64,000 nt of DNA from Terriglobia bacterium (GCA_963747095.1 CAVVEL010000022.1:251005-315004); one strand, 5' to 3'. Numbered from the stretch's first letter, positions 43,203 through 52,499 are shown. Notes: generated from the sequence alone by a model not told the origin. A program made the numbers and translations.

Positions 43203-43723
43203 CCGACGCCGCGCGGCTGCAGCGCTTCATGCAATCTCTCGGTGAGGCCGCCCGGGAATATCTGAGGGTGTATTTCACCGGCGGAGCGAGTGCCGTACTG
43301 ATCGGATGGCGCGCCACGACCATCGCTGTTAACATGAAGATGGTCCCGGAACACGACGCGATCCTCAGAGCGATTCCCAGACTCAAGGAAGATTTGGAGA
43401 TCAGCGTCGAACTCGCCTCCCCCGGCGATTTCATTCCAGAGCTTTCGGGTTGGGAGAGCCGCAGTCTCTTCGTGGGAACCGGCGGCCGCGTGTCCTTTTA
43501 TCATTACGATTTTTACGCTCAATGTCTGGCCAAGATGGAGCGGCGGCACTCCCGCGACTTGAACGATATCCGCGAGATGCTGGCGCGAGGGCTCGTTCAA
43601 CCGGAACGACTGTTGCAGGTTTTCGATGAGATTGAACCGCAGCTCTATCGATATCCTGCGATCGACCCGCGATCGTTTCGCCGCGCCGTTGAAGAGATCG
43701 TGAAAGCGCCGGGGAAGGATTAG
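43190..43723 (+). CDS. hypothetical protein (177 aa), nucleotidyltransferase-fold-like (DUF6036-like by recollection) with substituted acidic motif
   Basis: ..VYFTGGASAVLIGWRATTIAVNMKMVPE.. has a GG..S motif but AVN where DxD is expected. Other strings are ..VELASPGDFIPELSGWESRS.. and ..FYHYDFYAQCLAKMERRHSRDLNDI... The start is GTG 43190 or ATG 43229. Confidence 0.5.
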   Translation: MRQLTDAARLQRFMQSLGEAAREYLRVYFTGGASAVLIGWRATTIAVNMKMVPEHDAILRAIPRLKEDLEISVELASPGDFIPELSGWESRSLFVGTGGRVSFYHYDFYAQCLAKMERRHSRDLNDIREMLARGLVQPERLLQVFDEIEPQLYRYPAIDPRSFRRAVEEIVKAPGKD

Positions 43724-43964
43724 GACCACAGCTCCGACAACGGTCTGGCTCTTGATTTCTTTCCACGTGCCCTAAGTCGGCAAACCGGACAAGTGACTTT
43801 TCGACTGGGAACTGCGGGGACTGCGGTGCGGAACTACGGGGGGAACTACGGAGGACCGCGTGGAAGTTTTTGTAGCTTGTTGATTCCTCGTCCGCCAAAT
43901 CTAGCTCCGACAAACTCTCAGGATGTCCCCGTAGTTCCCCCGACGCATGCGGCAGTCCTAAGTT

Positions 43965-44705
43965 CTACTGCTTCGCTTGGTCGGAGGCAGCCGAAGGAAG
44001 CAGATGCACGGCTACTGGTGGAGTTGCCGTGACATTTGGGTATAGGTTCACTGTTTCGGTGACGCTACCGCCTGGATGTGGGCGGAACGTAATCCTCTGC
44101 AACGAAAAGCTGCCCAGAAGGCGGGCTAAGCCGCCCTCAGCGGGCCTCCTTTCGCCCGGGCAGAGCTTCACGTTCGCTTTGACGCGGATCCATTCCCCAG
44201 GTCTGAGCACGAGCAGAGTGCCTTCGTGATCCGGGGATCCGTATAAGTCAACGGAGCCGACAGAGAATCCGTCCGTCGCTGGCTGGTCACTCCGGGCCTG
44301 GATAACCAAAGCCAGACTGAGATAGCTAAACGCAACAGCCTCATCGTTGGGCTGAAGGTCGGACAAGTGCGGCGAAACTGGTAACGGGATGGAAGCCAGT
44401 CCGGTATTGAGAACACGGAACTCGGCCTCGAACGGAACCGCTGGATCGATGTCGTTGGGAGTGACACGCAGCAGGAAGACCCCGAGCGCATGCGGGTCGC
44501 GCTGGTCAGCGGCGCCACAGGCGACGCTTCCGCCGCCGAATCCACCGCCAGTACAGACACCGTCCTTGCAATCGGGAGGCGGCGCGGGAGGATAACGGAG
44601 GTTCGTACGTTGAGAAACCAGGGAAAGGTCAACGTACTTGATTTCTTGCGCTCTTACAAACGCGGAAGCCAGCAAGAGCAGGAGAATTGCGCGGTGATTG
44701 GACAT
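43965..44705 (-). CDS. hypothetical secreted protein (246 aa)
   Basis: The signal is MSNHRAILLLLLASAFVRAQ. It is Cys/Gly-rich near the N-terminus. I recognise no family. Confidence 0.55.
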   Translation of the reverse strand: MSNHRAILLLLLASAFVRAQEIKYVDLSLVSQRTNLRYPPAPPPDCKDGVCTGGGFGGGSVACGAADQRDPHALGVFLLRVTPNDIDPAVPFEAEFRVLNTGLASIPLPVSPHLSDLQPNDEAVAFSYLSLALVIQARSDQPATDGFSVGSVDLYGSPDHEGTLLVLRPGEWIRVKANVKLCPGERRPAEGGLARLLGSFSLQRITFRPHPGGSVTETVNLYPNVTATPPVAVHLLPSAASDQAKQ

Positions 44706-45112
44706 TTGTCGATTCCCAACACTCCCAATTCTACCTTACCCTCAGCGATCGATGACGGCAAGTAGGCGGGATGCCCGTTTCCCGTCAACTGGAACGCCTT
44801 CGCCCAACTTCCGGTTGGCGCGTCAACCGCCCACGATTGGAGTTCAGGCCGGTGCACTTCAGCGACATGCCTTACTTCGTCTATGTGGCTATTGATAACC
44901 CGCTGCGGCATTCATCACGAGGACAGCGCTCGGCTTCTTAAGCCGAGGCCTCGCCTGCGAAACCGGACTCATACGAGTCGTTGGATACAGGCTATTCTCG
45001 TCCTAACATGCATTGCTCCGCCGATACCTCGTCAGTAAAGATCCGCCCACACATGCGCGCACTTTCCCAAAGGACTTGTTATTACGCCGTTCTTCATATA
45101 GACTGTCTCCAT

Positions 45113-45448
45113 ATGGATCTTCTTCAAGGAATGCTAGACATGCTCGTGCTAAAAACACTGCTATTGGCGCCGCTGCACGGCTATGGGATTGCCAAGGCCA
45201 TTCGCAGCAATTCGAGTTCGGCGATCGACGTCGAGTTCGGTTCGCTCTACCCTGCGTTGAAGCGCCTCGAAGCAAAAGGCTGGGTTCTCGCCAAGTGGGA
45301 GATCTCCGAGCACAACCGGCGCGCGAAGTACTATCGGCTCACCCCCGAGGGACGCAAGCAACTCAACCGGGAACGTTCGAAATGGAACGATATCGTGTTG
45401 GCCGTGGGACAGATCATGGGACCGATTCCCGAGGGGGGTAAGTCATGA
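45113..45448 (+). CDS. PadR-family transcriptional regulator
   Basis: MDLLQGMLDMLVLKTLLLAPLHGYGIAKAIRS..GSLYPALKRLEAKGWVLAKWE..RRAKYYRLTPEGRKQL. Confidence 0.9.
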   Translation: MDLLQGMLDMLVLKTLLLAPLHGYGIAKAIRSNSSSAIDVEFGSLYPALKRLEAKGWVLAKWEISEHNRRAKYYRLTPEGRKQLNRERSKWNDIVLAVGQIMGPIPEGGKS

Positions 45449-48023
45449 GCATCTTCCGCAAACTCAAGTATCTGGTGCCTTCTCACCGGCGGGCTCTCGA
45501 AAGGGACATGGCAGAAGAGTCGAGTCGCTCGCGGCTATCGCGCAAACAGAAGGGGCGCGAAAGGAATTAGGAAGCTTGATCACAGCGGCGGAGGACGCCC
45601 GCGCTGTGTGGAGTTGGACATGGCTTGAGCAACTCGGCGCTGATATCCGGTACGCTTCGCGCGCGATTCGCCATAGTCCGACGTTCACCGCCGTCGCCGT
45701 GGTTTCCCTCGCACTCGGTATCGGAGCTAACACGGCAATCTTCAGTCTGATGAATGCGATCGTGCTGAACCCCCTTCCCGTTAGCCATCCCGAGAGCCTG
45801 GTGGCGCTCGCTTCGTTTTCGCGAAACGACAGGGTCGGCGACTTTGGCTACCCGGACTATCGGACCCTGCGCGACGGAAATCATACGCTCTCCGGCTTAC
45901 TCGCGGCGTCCAGTCTCCAGGCCATCAACGTTGGACTTGGTGCTGAAGCGCAAATCGCGCAGCGGAAGATTGTCTCCACCAGTTATTTTTCCGTGCTCGG
46001 CGTTCAACCTGCGCTTGGCCGCGTGTTCAGCGATGAGGACGAAAACCTGCAGGTCGCGGTCATCAGCGATCGCTTCTGGAGGCAGAGCTTCGCCGGCGCT
46101 CCCGCGGCGGTTGGGAAACAGATCGACCTGGACGGCTTGCCCTTCATCATCGTCGGTGTTACGACACCCGAGTTCTTTGGCGAGACCGTCGGCGAATCGA
46201 CGGACATCTGGGCAACGATGACCTTGATGCCTGAGGCGCTCAGGAACGCGCCCGGCTTCACATGGCTCAATCTGATGGGACGCCTGAATCCTGGAGTTCA
46301 AGCGCGGCAGGCAAGCGCGGACTTGAGCCTTCTGCTACCGCAGCTCCGGGATAGCGTGTCGCGGGGCGGCTTCCTTGAATCCATTGCCGTGGAACCCGGC
46401 GGCCAGGGCGGGTCCGGGTTGCGTGACACCTTTTCCCTTCCCTTGCGTATCCTCATGGGCGTGGTGGCCGTGGTTCTGCTGATAGCCTGCGCCAATTTAG
46501 GGAGCTTGCTGTTGGCGCGGGCCACAACACGCCAACGAGAGATCGCGACTCGCCTTGCCCTTGGCGCCGGCCGCGGCCGTATCGTCCGGCAATTAATGAC
46601 GGAAAGCATGCTGCTGGCATTGCTGGGAGGTATGCTGGGACTCTTGTTTGCCGTCCGGAGTGAGCGGCTGCTGCTGAACTTGGTTGCTGGAGTCGGCCGT
46701 ACCGTCACGGTGGACCTTCGTCCCGACATCCACGTGTTGGCATTCAACGGAGCGGTTACCCTTGTAGCGGCCGTGCTTTTTGGTCTGGCACCTGCCCTTC
46801 AGGCTGTGCGCCACGGCGCCGGAACATGGCAACTAAACTCACGTACACTGGCTGGCCGCGGACGGCGGTGGGGATTGAAGAACTCACTGGTTGCGATGCA
46901 GGTGGCTCTCTCGCTTCCGTTATTAGTCGTCGGCGGACTCCTGATTCGAACGATTCAGAATCTAAAAATGCAAGATGTCGGATTTCACGCCGCCAATGTT
47001 CTTTCGGTGCAGTTAGGTTCCGAGCGCGATTACCAGCCGCGATGGTCCAGCGTGATCACCGAGGTGCTGAGGCGCACCGAGGCGATCCCAGGAGCCCAAG
47101 CCGCTACGGCTTCCTACACTGCAACCTTGGCGAACGACGAGAATGGTGTCAGCGGACTCAAGTTCGATGGCGATCCTTCAACGCGAGAGAATCAGCGGGC
47201 GCGCGCAAATTGGATCGGACCCAAGTATTTTGAGGCCTCGGGCATCCCGTTGCTTGCGGGCCGCGAGTTTACCCCCAAGGACAATTCCACTTCACAGAAG
47301 GTCGCGATTATCAATCAAGCGTTGGTACGGCACCATTTCGGCGGCGCGTCGGCCGTGGGTCAGCGCTTCGAGTTCAATAAGGAGCAATACCAGGTCATCG
47401 GCGTAGCCAAGGACGCAAAGTACAGCGACCTGCGTGAATCGTCCCCGCGCTTCGTATACTTCGCGGCGCTACAAAGCAACTCGGAAATCCACTCACTCGA
47501 GGTTCGCACCGCGGGCTCGCCCCTTGCCATTGCCAGCGCAGTGCGCGATGCGGTTCGGCAGGCCGATCCACACCTCAGAATCGGCGAAATCACGACGCTG
47601 GAGAAGCGCATCGATCAAAAATTGGCCCGGGAGTTTCTGGTTGCGGATCTTGCGGGTTTCTTCAGCGGCTTGACGCTATTGCTGGTCTCCATCGGTATCT
47701 ATGGAACGCTGGACTATACGGTGGCACGGCGGACCAGCGAAATTGGTATCCGAATGGCACTGGGCGCTCGGGCCGCGAGTGTTTTGAGGATGGTTCTGAA
47801 GGATATTCTAGTCGTGCTAGCTACGGGAGTGGCCGCAGGAGTGGTGGCAGCGCTCGTCGTTGGTCAACTGCTGGGTTCGATCTTGTACGGATTGAAGCCT
47901 ACCGATCCGCCAACTATCGCTCTGGCGGTGTCAGTGTTGAGCGTTGCGGCCATTGCCGCCAGCTACATTCCTGCCCGCCGCGCGTCGCGCGTCGATCCGG
48001 CAACAACGCTGCGACTTGAATAG
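45445..48023 (+). CDS. ADOP-type duplicated FtsX/MacB-like permease; frameshifted by a 5-nt tandem duplication near codon 25
   Basis: ATG 45445 overlaps the PadR stop (ATGA) and reads MSIFRKLKYLVPSHRRALERDMAEE, then GAGTC GAGTC (45517-45526). After that the family sequence ..SLAAIAQTEGARKELGSLITAAEDARAVWSWTWLEQLGADIRYASRAIRHSPTF.. is in the ORF 45576..48023 frame. Confidence 0.8.
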
Positions 48024-48059
48024 ACTCCACATCCCTGCCTGTAGCCGCAAAGCCTCTTC

Positions 48060-48097
48060 CGCCACTTGGACGTATAGGCGCCACTTGGACGTATAGG
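48060..48097. repeat. perfect 19-nt tandem duplication (CGCCACTTGGACGTATAGG x2)
   Basis: Read directly: copies at 48060-48078 and 48079-48097. Confidence 0.9.
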
Positions 48098-48621
48098 GGT
48101 AATTCACTGATGTGAATCTGAGGTAGCCGACTTTTGTCCGGTTGGTCGGCAATCCGGAAGCGATCCACTTTGACGGTTTGCCGGCAAACCGGAAAGTTGC
48201 TCGCGGGCCGGTGCCGGTGATTGCCTACCCAGGAGCCGGCACGTCTCTCCGGCTCTCGCCCCCCTGGCCGGCGTTGATGGAAGTGCCGCGATCCGGTGCG
48301 GCTCGGTGCGCTTTGCAGTGTAAAGCGTGCGAATAGAGCCAGAAGAGTGTAATGGCGGAAATGGGTGGGAAATCGCGGCAAGTCATTGGTGGGATGGGGG
48401 TTAGTTTCTCACAGGGGGGGGTGTGAGAAAGGGTGTGAGAAAGGGTCTCAGTTGGAACGAAAAACTCCTGTCCTGTTTCTGCCGCGCCGATCTAAGGCGG
48501 CGGTCAGGCACCCCGCGGGGGAGGTCGGTGCCAGCCCGGTACACGTCGAAGAGCGGGTATCCGGCTGAGCGCTGGAGTTTCTATCCCTCGGGGCTGACCG
48601 CAGGTATGCTAGAATCCGCTT

Positions 48622-48867
48622 ATGGTCATATCCCTAACGCCCGAACTGGAACGACTCGTCAATGAGCGTATCGAGAGTGGAAAATACAAGACGACGGCGG
48701 AGGTTGTGGGCGAGGGTTTGCGGCTCCTCAAGGAGCGTGAACATGCTATTTCAGAGGCAGTTTACGAAACGACCAAGCGACGCTTTGAAGAACGCATGAA
48801 CAACGCCCCTGACCTAGGTACGAAGGGCGTCATCTCTTGGACTCGGGACGAGATCCATGAGCGCTGA
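48622..48867 (+). CDS. ParD/CC2985-type ribbon-helix-helix antitoxin
   Basis: MVISLTPELERLVNERIESGKYKTTAEVVGEGLRLLKERE.. It overlaps the downstream PIN ORF start by 11 nt. Confidence 0.7.
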   Translation: MVISLTPELERLVNERIESGKYKTTAEVVGEGLRLLKEREHAISEAVYETTKRRFEERMNNAPDLGTKGVISWTRDEIHER

Positions 48868-49300
48868 GTTCGTCGACACAAATATTTTCATCTATGCGCA
48901 TGACTCCAGTGCAGGCTTAAAGCGAGAGAAGGCGCGGGAGTTGATCGCTCGCCTCTTCGAAGCCGGCGACATCTAGCGCAAGCGCCTTTGATTCGGCGGC
49001 GATGGAGCTATCAGTACGCAGGTCCTTTCCGAATTCTATTCGATTGCCACAAAGAAGCTGTCCATGAACAGCCAAGTCGCAGAGGAGATAGTCTCCGACT
49101 TGCACGTCTGGCCTCTACACAGACCTACGCACGCCGACATCATAACGGCTATCCAGTTGCATCATCGCTACGCAATTTCCTGGTGGGACGCCTTGATCGT
49201 GAATAGCGCCACCGAACTGGGCTGCCGGATCCTTTGGTCGGAGGATCTGTCCCACGGCCAACAGTACGGCTCTGTAACGGTGCGAAATCCGTTCGCCTGA
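48857..49300 (+). pseudogene. VapC-type PIN toxin with two in-frame stop codons
   Basis: One frame reads MSAEFVDTNIFIYAHDSSAGLKREKARELIARLFEAGDI-TAG-RKRL-TGA-FGGDGAISTQVLSEFYSIATKKLSMNSQVAEEIV..ISWWDALIVNSATELGCRILWSEDLSHGQ... Confidence 0.75.
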
Positions 49301-49434
49301 CCTGTAACGCGTCGCTGCACCGACTGCCCGGGTCCGGCAACCTCCGCGCGAAGAAAATGTAGAAACTCCTGGGCAGGCTTCCCGCCTGTCTCTGATTCCC
49401 CAGCGGCGTCCTCGCCGCTGGTTGCGCGGGGCGG

Positions 49435-50025
49435 CTACTTCGCATCGACCGCGCTAAGCAAACCCACCGCGTGAATCTCGATTTGTACCGTGTCGGAGAC
49501 GCGCATGATGAGAATGCTGGGATTCTTCATTCCCCACTGAACGTAGGGCACCGGAAACTGAATGTCCGCGGTGATCTTGTCGCCGGCAATGTGCGTCTTG
49601 GCGGGCAGCGTGACTTCGTGATCCGCGCCGTGGATACGGAACATCCCGTGTACTTTAACTTCGGAATCGCCATCGAGGGTAACCTTGCCGTCCACGCGGT
49701 CGGGAGTGAAAACGAACTCGGGATACCTGGCGCTTTCTAAAATAGCTTTGTGCATGCGGCTATCGCGGCCATTGCTGCCGCTGTCTCCGCTGGTTGCATC
49801 CACCCGCAGTTCCCCGGAGGCCACGCCGTTTTCCGGATCGAACAGGATGGTTCCGCGCTTCAGCTTGAAAGTACCGTGTACCCCGCCATGAAAATCGGAC
49901 AGCGAGAACTTCACCGCCGTGGCGGCAGGGTCGAACACCAGCCGCATTTGTGCGGCGCACGCGGGGATCGCCGCCAGGAAGAGCGCCACGACGATCACGA
50001 TTGCAAAAATTCGTCTTACGCCCAT
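49435..50025 (-). CDS. YceI-family periplasmic (polyisoprenoid-binding-like) protein
   Basis: ATG 50025 has GGAG upstream. The signal is MGVRRIFAIVIVVALFLAAIPACAAQ. Motifs are ..FSLSDFHGGVHGTFK.., ..RVDATSGDSGSNGRDSRMHKAILESARYPEFVF.. Confidence 0.75.
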   Translation of the reverse strand: MGVRRIFAIVIVVALFLAAIPACAAQMRLVFDPAATAVKFSLSDFHGGVHGTFKLKRGTILFDPENGVASGELRVDATSGDSGSNGRDSRMHKAILESARYPEFVFTPDRVDGKVTLDGDSEVKVHGMFRIHGADHEVTLPAKTHIAGDKITADIQFPVPYVQWGMKNPSILIMRVSDTVQIEIHAVGLLSAVDAK

Positions 50026-51119
50026 GCCAGTCTCCATCCCAATGCCACACCGGTTTGTACGAAATCGCGCCAATCGAGTTTTCCCACGTGCATGGCCAGG
50101 AGATTCTTGAACAACGCCGGCCGCGATGCCAAGGCGCGCAGCGCGCGATCCTGAATCGGCGCGCGGCGTTCCATGGTCAGCATAAAATCAGCCATGAACA
50201 TCGGCCGGCGCGACAAACTCCGGTGTTCCGCTTCATAAAGGCGCAAGTCGCCCGCGGCGAGTGCGCCGGCCAACGCCCTGGCTTGGCGAAACGCCAGACA
50301 CAGGCCGTCGCCGGTGATGGCGTCCACGCGGCCGGAGGCGTCGCCGATCAGCGCGACACGGCCGCGCGTCACCGCATGGAGGCGGCAGGTGGAAGAAAGC
50401 GCGCCGCGTTCCTCGGTAACCGCATCGACGCCGGCCAGGCGCGCGGCCAGGCGCGGAAATTGCGGCAGCGCGTCTTTCAAGCGCAGGTGCGAATCGCGCG
50501 ACATCACCACTACGCACACCTCGCGATCGGAAATGGGCGTCACGTAAGACTGGCAGCCGTCACCCCAGTGCAATTCCATCCGCTCGCTCCAGGGCGCCAC
50601 GGCATAGTGACGCCGGAAGCCGAAGCGGCGCCGCTCGCGGCGGAAGGTGTCCAGCCCGGCCCATCGGCGCACCAAGGAGTGTCCGCCGTCGGCGCCGGCA
50701 ATCCAGCGGGACCGCAGGCGCCGGCTGCGAAGGTGGACAATTTCTCCATCGAAGCCGGTCACCGGCGTCCCCCAGGCAAACTCGACGCCAGCGCGCTCGG
50801 CGTGTTCGCAGAGCAGCGTGTGCAGCGCCACGCGGCGCACGCCCAGCCCGCAACCTTCCGGAAAATCGGCGGCTACGTCATGATCGCGGCCCAAAAAGTG
50901 AATGCCGCGGAACGCCACGCCGAGCGCCGCGGGAATCTCCACGCCGATGCTCCGCGCGGCTTCCAGCGCGTCGGGCATCAGGCCTTCGCCGCAAGCTTTG
51001 TCGATGGGCGGCCGGCGCGCGTCGGCCACCAATACGCGCAGTCCCTCGCGGCGCGCGGCGATAGCCGCGGCCAGTCCGGCGGGACCTCCGCCAATCACGA
51101 GAAGATCGGCATCAAACAT
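50016..51119 (-). CDS. FAD-dependent oxidoreductase (geranylgeranyl-reductase/monooxygenase-like)
   Basis: MFDADLLVIGGGPAGLAAAIAARREG.. (GxGxxG), ..IAGADGGHSLVRR.. and ..VALIGDASGRVDAITGDG.. Its end overlaps the YceI start by 10 nt. Confidence 0.75.
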   Translation of the reverse strand: MFDADLLVIGGGPAGLAAAIAARREGLRVLVADARRPPIDKACGEGLMPDALEAARSIGVEIPAALGVAFRGIHFLGRDHDVAADFPEGCGLGVRRVALHTLLCEHAERAGVEFAWGTPVTGFDGEIVHLRSRRLRSRWIAGADGGHSLVRRWAGLDTFRRERRRFGFRRHYAVAPWSERMELHWGDGCQSYVTPISDREVCVVVMSRDSHLRLKDALPQFPRLAARLAGVDAVTEERGALSSTCRLHAVTRGRVALIGDASGRVDAITGDGLCLAFRQARALAGALAAGDLRLYEAEHRSLSRRPMFMADFMLTMERRAPIQDRALRALASRPALFKNLLAMHVGKLDWRDFVQTGVALGWRLAWA

Positions 51120-51122
51120 GGA

Positions 51123-52499
51123 TTAGATGCGCACGGCGCGGCCGGCGATGGCCAGCGCTTCACCCCAAAATTTCCCCGGAGAATGCATTCGCTCGACCAC
51201 CTCGCCAATGGAATCGGCGAAATGATCGAGGTGCGCGCGATCCGCCACCAACGGAGGCGCGGCTTTCAAAACCATGAAGCTGTTGCCGCAGATCTGCGTG
51301 AGAATCCCGTGGTCGCGGAACAGATAGACCACCACCACTTGTCCGAACATGGCCGGATGGATCTTGCGGAACGCTTCAAAAGGCGCGCGCAGCAACAACT
51401 CACCCGGCGCGCCAAACTCGATTCCGTTCAGCAGGCCGAGGCCGCGAACTTCACGGACCATGCCGCCGCCAATCGTTCCCCGCAGGCGCTGGCGCAAATA
51501 TTCGCCCGATTCCGTAGCCCGCTCGCCCAGCTTTTCTTCTTCCAGCACATCGAGCGTGGCCAGCGCCGCGCGCATGGCCAAGGCATTCTCGCTGAACGTG
51601 GAGGTGTGCACGATGGAATTTTGCAGCGAGCCGTACACGGAATCGTAAATGTCTTCGGTCATCAGCGCGGCGCTGCACGGGACCAGTCCGCCGGACATGG
51701 CCTTGGCCAGCACCACCATATCGGGATCGGCGCCGAAATGGTGTCCGGCCAGAAACAGCCCGGTGCGGAACATTCCGGTTTGTACTTCATCGAGCACGAA
51801 AAGCGTGCCGTAGCGGCGGCAGAGCGCGCCGGCTTCGCGAAGATAATCGGCATCGGGAATGCGAATGCCGGCCTCCGATTGCACCGGCTCGGTGATGAAC
51901 GCGGCATACTGGCGAGTGGCCAGGGCTTGGCGGAGCGCTTCCAGATCGTTGAACGGCACGCGCGTGACGCCGGGCAAGAACGGCCCGAAGCGGTCTTTCC
52001 AGAATCCGTCGGGCATCAGCGATAGTGCGCCGAGCGTCAGGCCGTGGAATCCGTTGTCGGCGGCCAGAGTTCCGGCGCGGCGGGTGTGAGCGCGGGCGAA
52101 CTTGATGGCCGCCTCCACGCCCTCGCTTCCCGAACAGGCGAAGAACGCTTTGCGCAAACGCCCGCCGGCCAGCCGGCACAAGCGTCCGGCCAATTCTCCG
52201 GCATGATTCGCCACATGGCTCTGCAACATGGCCGGTCCATTGCGATCCAACTCATCGTGCAGCGCCGCGACGATGTGCGGATGATTGTGGCCGGCGTTGT
52301 AAACGCAATATCCCGAGAGGAAGTCCAGAATGTGCCGGCCGTCGGAGGTGAAGAGATCGACGCCACGGCAGCGGTCGTAGCTCACGTTCATTTGCAACAG
52401 GTTTAGCAGGCGTACCCATTGCGGGTTGACGTGTTCGGCGTAATCCACGGTTGATGTAGACGTAGACGCGGAAGCCGAGGGGGAGGCTTGGCTGATCAT
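51123..52499 (-). CDS. class-III aminotransferase, putrescine/omega-amine aminotransferase-like
   Basis: Motifs are ..YAEHVNPQWVRLLNLL.., ..DFLSGYCVYNAGHNHP.., ..CSGSEGVEAAIKFAR.., ..LDEVQTGMFRTG.. and ..VLAKAMSGGLVP... It resembles E. coli YgjG by recollection. Confidence 0.75.
   Translation of the reverse strand: MISQASPSASASTSTSTVDYAEHVNPQWVRLLNLLQMNVSYDRCRGVDLFTSDGRHILDFLSGYCVYNAGHNHPHIVAALHDELDRNGPAMLQSHVANHAGELAGRLCRLAGGRLRKAFFACSGSEGVEAAIKFARAHTRRAGTLAADNGFHGLTLGALSLMPDGFWKDRFGPFLPGVTRVPFNDLEALRQALATRQYAAFITEPVQSEAGIRIPDADYLREAGALCRRYGTLFVLDEVQTGMFRTGLFLAGHHFGADPDMVVLAKAMSGGLVPCSAALMTEDIYDSVYGSLQNSIVHTSTFSENALAMRAALATLDVLEEEKLGERATESGEYLRQRLRGTIGGGMVREVRGLGLLNGIEFGAPGELLLRAPFEAFRKIHPAMFGQVVVVYLFRDHGILTQICGNSFMVLKAAPPLVADRAHLDHFADSIGEVVERMHSPGKFWGEALAIAGRAVRI

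Noticed and set aside
49950-52025. 691-aa plus-strand ORF spanning the YceI/oxidoreductase/aminotransferase region
   Set aside because: The minus-strand genes carry unmistakable FAD (GxGxxG) and PLP aminotransferase motifs. The plus ORF is an antisense artefact.
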